From the NCBI GenBank assembly GCA_009914755.4, contig CP068257.2, forward strand, positions 35,520,001 to 35,584,000: a stretch of DNA of 64,000 nt, written 5' to 3'. Source of the stretch: the human T2T-CHM13v2.0 reference genome, Homo sapiens. Below are positions 58,763-64,000 of this stretch, piece by piece (within the stretch, counting starts at the first letter, position 1; each line of letters opens with the position of its first letter). The position numbers and the translations under genes were made by a program. The notes beneath the pieces are model-generated. The model was not told the DNA's origin. It did no database searches and was given only the letters and a program-made list of their open reading frames with translations.

Positions 58763-59411
58763 TCAAATAAATTTTTTAATGTGCATATGTAAATTGAAAA
58801 CATTGAGCACTGGGTAATATTCATCAGAACCCATGACAATTTGCTAAGATTTTGATGAGACCAATAGCACTGTCTAAAACTAGTGTTATAGTATCAATAA
58901 ATGAACGCAAAACAATAATTTTGCATCATTTGGGGGGACAAAATTATATATAGCAAAGAAGGCAGCAGCAACTTAAACCTTGTTATATAAGACCTCTGAT
59001 TTGTTAGAGTGTGAGGTTGAAGACTGGATGGAATTCCATAGTGAATGGGGCATGTGGACATGTTAACAAGGGGTCCTTGTGAATGTGGGAAAAAGCTGCC
59101 CTTACCTGAGTGAGCAAGAGCTGTAAATAGAGTTGGGATGATGGCAGGCTCTTCAGTAGCGTTTCTGCCTCCACCTCTGGTTTCCGCTGTTCAGGTTGTT
59201 ACGAGGGGGACAGAGTTGCCTCTTGTCTCAGCTGTGAAAGATGATGAGGTAGAGGCGGTGTCTCTGAAGTGCAGCTCGGATCAAAGGACTCTATGCTCAG
59301 GAATGACCTTTGGCATGTGCCCTATTATTTCAGTTTCTGAGACAGTGTTAATTACAGGCTTCAAAATTGAAATTTGTAAACAATGGGGCAGTTAAAATAT
59401 GATTAGCCAGC

Positions 59412-59628
59412 AGGCATGGTGGCTCACGCCAGGCCGAGGCAGGTGGATCACCTGAGGTCAGGAGTTCGGGACCAGCCTGACCAACATGGTGAAACCCCAT
59501 CTCTTCTTAAAAAAAAATGGCAAAACTCGCTTGAACCTGAGAGGCAGAGGTTGCAGTGAGCAGGGATCGCGCCACTGCCCTCCAGCCTGGGCAACAGAGT
59601 GAGACACTGTCTCAAAAAAAAAAAAAAA
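59412..59628 (+). mobile_element. Alu (sense) with internal deletions
   Basis: gcaggcatggtggctcacgccaggccgaggcaggtggatcacctgaggtcaggagttcgggaccagcctgaccaacatggtgaaaccccatctc…gagacactgtctcaaaaaaaaaaaaaaag. Confidence 0.75.
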
Positions 59629-59795
59629 GTTATGCTTTTTAGATAGTTATTGTTGTTATCAGTGGTCTTCAGATTAATTTTATGTGCATTTGTCTTTGTT
59701 TCTTTGGGTTGGGCTGTTGGATTAATATTGGCATGTAATATTTCTTAGCAGTAGAGAACTTTCTGTTGTCATTCATCACTCACTCTCCCTTTCAG

Positions 59796-59922
59796 CACTG
59801 AGCTTGCTGGTTTTATTAAAAAAGTGCGAAGCAAAAACAAGAACTCACTCTCAGGATTGAGTATTGATGAAATTGTCCAAAGAGTGACAGAACACATTCT
59901 AGATGAACAGAAAAAGAAAAAG
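59796..59922 (+). CDS. TTC3: Coding exon, 127 bp; (S)TELAGFIKKVRSKNKNSLSGLSIDEIVQRVTEHILDEQKKKK
   Basis: Acceptor ctccctttcAG|cact and donor aaaaag|gtattt. Confidence 0.9.
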
Positions 59923-60107
59923 GTATTTTATCTAGATGTTCCAGTTTATCCTTATTTATTTATAAAATATGAGAATTGTTAAAAAAAAAAAAAAGCTTCA
60001 AACCAAAACCTAGAGAGCAATGTACTAAAGACAGAAGATGGTCAAGTTGTTGGATAACTGGTTGCTTCCCTCTTGTCCCCTCCCCGCCACCCCTGTTATT
60101 TTCGCAG

Positions 60108-60251
60108 CCAAACCCAGGAAAGGACAAGAGGACTTATGAGCCCAGCTCTGCCACCCCCGTGACCAGGTCCTCCCAGGGCTCACCCTCGGTGGTTGTTGCA
60201 CCATCACCCAAAACCAAGGGGCAGAAAGCAGAAGATGTCCCTGTGAGGATT
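60108..60251 (+). CDS. TTC3: Coding exon, 144 bp; PNPGKDKRTYEPSSATPVTRSSQGSPSVVVAPSPKTKGQKAEDVPVRI
   Basis: Acceptor tattttcgcAG|cca and donor aggatt|gtatgt. It shares a frame with the ORF-track entry 59976..60269. Confidence 0.85.
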
Positions 60252-62457
60252 GTATGTATAACTGTATAGTTTTGTTTTTTAATGAAAAACAAGAAGCAAA
60301 CAAAATTTTTAATCCATGATTTAGCCCCATTCATTTCTAGACCTAATTTATTTGATCCCAACATTAGAAACTGAATTTCAATGTACTTGAATGTGTCCAG
60401 TTAGAGCAATCAGTGAATGGCCGAGGTCATGGTGTCTGCTGTGATACGTTTGGGCCCAGCATGGAGAGAAGCCCCTGCACATGAGTGACAAGGGCTCTGA
60501 CCATCGTGGGGGATCTGAGCCTTCTCTCTCTTGCCCTTGTTTTGCTGCAGATGGTCAAGTACATGAACTTTGTACATCCAGTGTGGTATTTTGAACAGTT
60601 GGGGAAATCATTTTTGAATAATTTTCTTCTGTGTAACCATGGCTTTGGAATTACACAGATGTGTCAATGTGTCGTGTGGCCACACCCACCCCAAGATAGA
60701 CCGTGATTGCCTGGAGAAGAGGGTTCTGTTTTTGCTTCATGATGGATGTTTGTAGTAACGAAGATATAAAAGCTGACTTACTGAAACTTCACCAGATTGT
60801 ATGAGAAAGAAAAATATGTGTTCAAACTGGGACCTAATTTGATAACCATAGTTTGTTAAAATTAAAAGTATTAATTTTCAAATTACAAAGTATTACATAC
60901 AATAGAAAATACAAATAAAAAGGGCATTTAAAAACCCGCCCTGTAATCAGTATTACCACTTTGGTATATATTTTTCTAAACTCTTGAATGCATGGATATG
61001 TGAATTAGTCAAAACTGAATACGCTAGTCACACTTTGTATGTTCTCTGAGGGGCTGAATGTTTTGGTTGTTTTCCATTTTTTTTTTTATTGTGGTTGTCC
61101 TTTTTTTCTTTTAGTTAGAAATATACTGTGCCCATCTTTTCTAGGAAATAGAAAACGGTCAAGTTAAGTGTATATTTTTTTCAAACTAAACCTGGCTCCG
61201 AGCTTTGCACTGGGCATTGGAGAGGCCTTCAATGGCTCTTCCCCGGTCTGGCACTTCCTCTTCTTCCCTGACCCTCGAGTCATGGGCAGCAGTGGAGGGG
61301 CATGAACCCTCCTTCTGCAGCATCTGCCCCATCTCCTCCTGGGCCGAGTCATGCCTTGGGAGAGACAGCAAAACCCTGAACAGCAGTTCAAGGTCTTCTC
61401 AGCCTTGGGGTGATGCCTCCAGTGCCACTCCCTGAACTTGATCCCACTGCCAGGGCTGCCTGCATTCGCCCACTCCCTCAGCAGGGGTTTTTAGAGCATG
61501 AGTTTGAGCTAGGTTTTCTGCCAGCTGCTAAAGACCCAGATGGGACTCATTTTGTGCCTTCAAGGCGCTCAGAGTTAAGAGGCAGTGAGCTAGAGTAGAA
61601 GTTAATGGTGCAGTAAGGGTAAGTGCTGTGAGCTGCAGGGAGAACTGTGCCTGGAGTCCCAGGCGACACTCAGGTCTGCTCTCACATCGAAAGCACTGTC
61701 TATGCTCACCAGACTGTGAGCCGCTGAGGCCAGAGCCCTCCATTCATCTCTGCGTCCAGCACCCGACACCAACCCTGCCCATGGATGTTTGCCGGATGAG
61801 CCATCCGTTTGTTTTGTTTTGATTTGCACAAGTAATCCATGCTCATAGAAACTAGAAAATAGTAAAGAAAAAGATTAAATCTCCCTTACCCTGAGGCAAC
61901 CACTGTTAACTGTTTTTCTAGGCATGTATGTATACATGCAGCCCCTTTATTAAAAAGTGAGTTATATATGATACATGTTGTCTTGTTAGCTGCTTTCATT
62001 CAGCAGGCTGTTGGGGCCAGCTTTCTATGTCAGGGATTATGGGCTTCCGTCATGATTTTCCTTTTGGCTACACAATAGCCCATTGTGTGGATGTGTTGGA
62101 ATTTACTACCCTCAACTGTTAGATGATTAAATGTATGATTAATTCACACCATGCCATGTGATTATCCCATACTGTACTTTAGGTATGGTAATCTTCACCT
62201 GGGGATCTTCTGGTCACATAAAACAGTTTTTTCTCTGAGGAAATTAGAACTTTATACTTTTCTTTTTGTATTTTTATATTTTTTCTTAAGAAATGCTATT
62301 AAAAAATAAGTTGTTTCCTCAGACTGTTTAGCTGTAATTGTGAATAATTTGCCACCCTTTGTGGCAGAAGATGTTTGAAGGCCACTTGAAGGAAGAACTC
62401 GTGTCATAAAAACAACTGTAGTTATTCTTTACTATTCAGGTGTGTTTGTTTCCACAG

Positions 62458-62550
62458 GCACTGGGTGCAAGTTCCTGTGAAATATGCCACGAGGTGTTCA
62501 AATCAAAAAACGTGCGTGTGCTCAAATGTGGGCACAAGTATCACAAAGGG
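62458..62550 (+). CDS. TTC3: Coding exon, 93 bp: first half of RING-H2 finger; ALGASSCEICHEVFKSKNVRVLKCGHKYHKG
   Basis: Acceptor tttccacAG|gca and donor aaaggg|gtaaga. It carries the C-x2-C…C-x-H-x2-H pattern of a RING-H2 finger. Confidence 0.9.
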
Positions 62551-63665
62551 GTAAGAGCTCTTTTTGGCCATCCTTACAGCATGCATTGGGACCTTCAAAT
62601 ATTTTCAAAATAAGAAAGGAATTGTTTTCTAGTCATCAGTATTTATTGTGCTTTCAAACTATTTTCTTTGCAAACCTCCCGTGTCAGTGTTCAGTGCCTC
62701 CCTGTCCTCACACCAGCTCTGCAGGAAGGGCAGCTCTGGAGACCGTCCTTTCCATCCCTTGTGGGGAGAGGGGAACAGCAGCTCCAGCCACTCGTTAGTG
62801 CTGAGATTCAAAGCAGTATTAGTTCCTTGAAAGGTGATTTCTTACACACTTGACTAAATGGAGAAACAGTGAAACCATTTTTTTGACTTAGTGTAGTATA
62901 TGAAGTCAGTTTAACATTTTAGAGGAGAAAAACTAAACCTAGCTGAGTCCCTTCTGCCTGACCCAGGGACAGTCCTGCTCGTACCGTTCTGGGATCTGTG
63001 TGTGAACTATCATGGTGTTCTAGGTACCGTGAGCATTTGTGTGCACCCCTGCTGCTGGGTTAGAACAGATCAGGTCTCTGCCATGGGGATTTGCTAATCC
63101 CTTGGAACGGGATAAATACAGCATGCTCACTGAAAGGAATTGAGACCACTTGCCAAGTCTCTGGTGTGGTGTGCCTCCTTGGGTACAGGGTCTTATATTT
63201 GGGCTAGCTGACTGTCCACAGCCTCTGCAGTGTGGGCAGCAGCAGCAGGAGTGTGGCGTGCAGGCTGGAGGGCTGTTCCAGAGCCAAGGGCCAAGGCCAG
63301 GCCAAGGGATGGGCTAAGAATGAGTGATTGGGTCATAGGGCCGAGAATGCCAGGCTCTGGAATTTGGCGCAGCTGAAGTGGAAGAGCCGAGCCTGGAACC
63401 GGGGATCAGGGCAAGACCACCCCCTGAGGCCAGGTTGGAGGCCCAGAGCGCTCAGGATCTGACCCTGAGGTGGGATCGTTTGCGGCTGGGGCTTTGTCCA
63501 CACTCTGGCCTGAGCGGGTGTTGGTGTCCCTGAGTATTGGGCAGCTCCAGGCCCAAGAGACCAAGGGCAAGTGAGCCACGCCTGCCAAGGAGCCCAGCAG
63601 CACAGGGGAGCTAAGCTTCCTCATGGTCCTGAAGGCATCTTCTGATTTTGTTTTCTCCTTTTCAG

Positions 63666-63800
63666 TGCTTTAAGCAGTGGCTTAAAGGGCAGAGCGCTTG
63701 CCCGGCCTGCCAGGGTCGTGATCTCCTGACAGAAGAGTCACCTTCTGGAAGAGGCTGGCCCAGTCAGAATCAGGAGCTGCCTTCCTGCTCTTCTAGGTAG
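63666..63800 (+). CDS. TTC3: Terminal coding exon (CDS part, including TAG stop at 63798-63800): second half of RING-H2; CFKQWLKGQSACPACQGRDLLTEESPSGRGWPSQNQELPSCSSR*; the 3'UTR continues past the window end
   Basis: Acceptor ttctccttttcAG|tgc. It completes the RING-H2 finger (C-x2-C…C-x2-C). In-frame TAG stop. Confidence 0.9.
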   Translation, partial: CFKQWLKGQSACPACQGRDLLTEESPSGRGWPSQNQELPSCSSR

Positions 63801-64000
63801 TCACACTTCACTAAAGTGTCATCCACCAGTGTGTTGAATCCGAAGAATGACAATTTTCTACCACTGGTGTAAAAAACAAACATTTGAAGACCCTTGTGCA
63901 TTGTGTGTCACAAAGCTAAATACATGGAAATCGTTAATATCGCTGATATTAAGTAATTTCCCCACTCTGAGTGAATACTTTGATGATTGCCAACAGTGGC

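Noticed and set aside
63200-63620. GC-rich stretch (ggcagcagcagcaggagtgtggcgtgcagg…) before the last exon that looked like a possible CpG island or internal promoter.
   Set aside because: It is GC-rich but contains very few CpG dinucleotides. It lies in the last intron and is not a convincing CpG island.
63801-64000. Looked for an AATAAA poly-A signal defining the 3' end of the transcript.
   Set aside because: No canonical hexamer occurs within the 200 bp after the stop codon. The 3'UTR evidently extends beyond the window, so no terminator or poly-A feature is reported.

Overview
This 64 kb window is primate, almost certainly human, nuclear genomic DNA, not a prokaryotic locus. It holds the 3' ~64 kb of one large multi-exon protein-coding gene on the + strand. 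I recognise the gene from memory as TTC3, the chr21q22.13 TPR-containing RING-H2 E3 ubiquitin ligase; that identification should be confirmed by BLASTP. I reconstructed 28 consecutive coding exons by hand. Each has an AG acceptor and a GT donor, except one apparent GC donor. Codon phases are consistent across all 28, and together they encode about 1,499 aa. The last exon ends in a TAG stop at 63798-63800, and the 3'UTR runs off the window end. About 45-50% of the window is interspersed repeats. I found about 28 Alu copies, several near the AluY consensus with intact target-site duplications. There are also L1 fragments, including a 2.5 kb L1PA-like piece carrying ORF2 reverse-transcriptase remnants and a short L1 3' end with an apparent 3' transduction. 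In addition there is a MaLR (THE1/MST-type) LTR nested inside an old L1, an old L1M (-) split by two Alus, MIR remnants, and a Tigger1-like DNA-transposon fragment. A (TG)~20 microsatellite and long pure poly-T/poly-A tracts are also present. Nearly all ORFs in the supplied six-frame track are translations of Alu or L1 sequence, or antisense shadows of the large coding exon. I find no CRISPR array, operon or defence-island-like architecture. The locus looks like an ordinary, well-characterised human gene body, and the items worth a second look are splice, repeat and polymorphism features.
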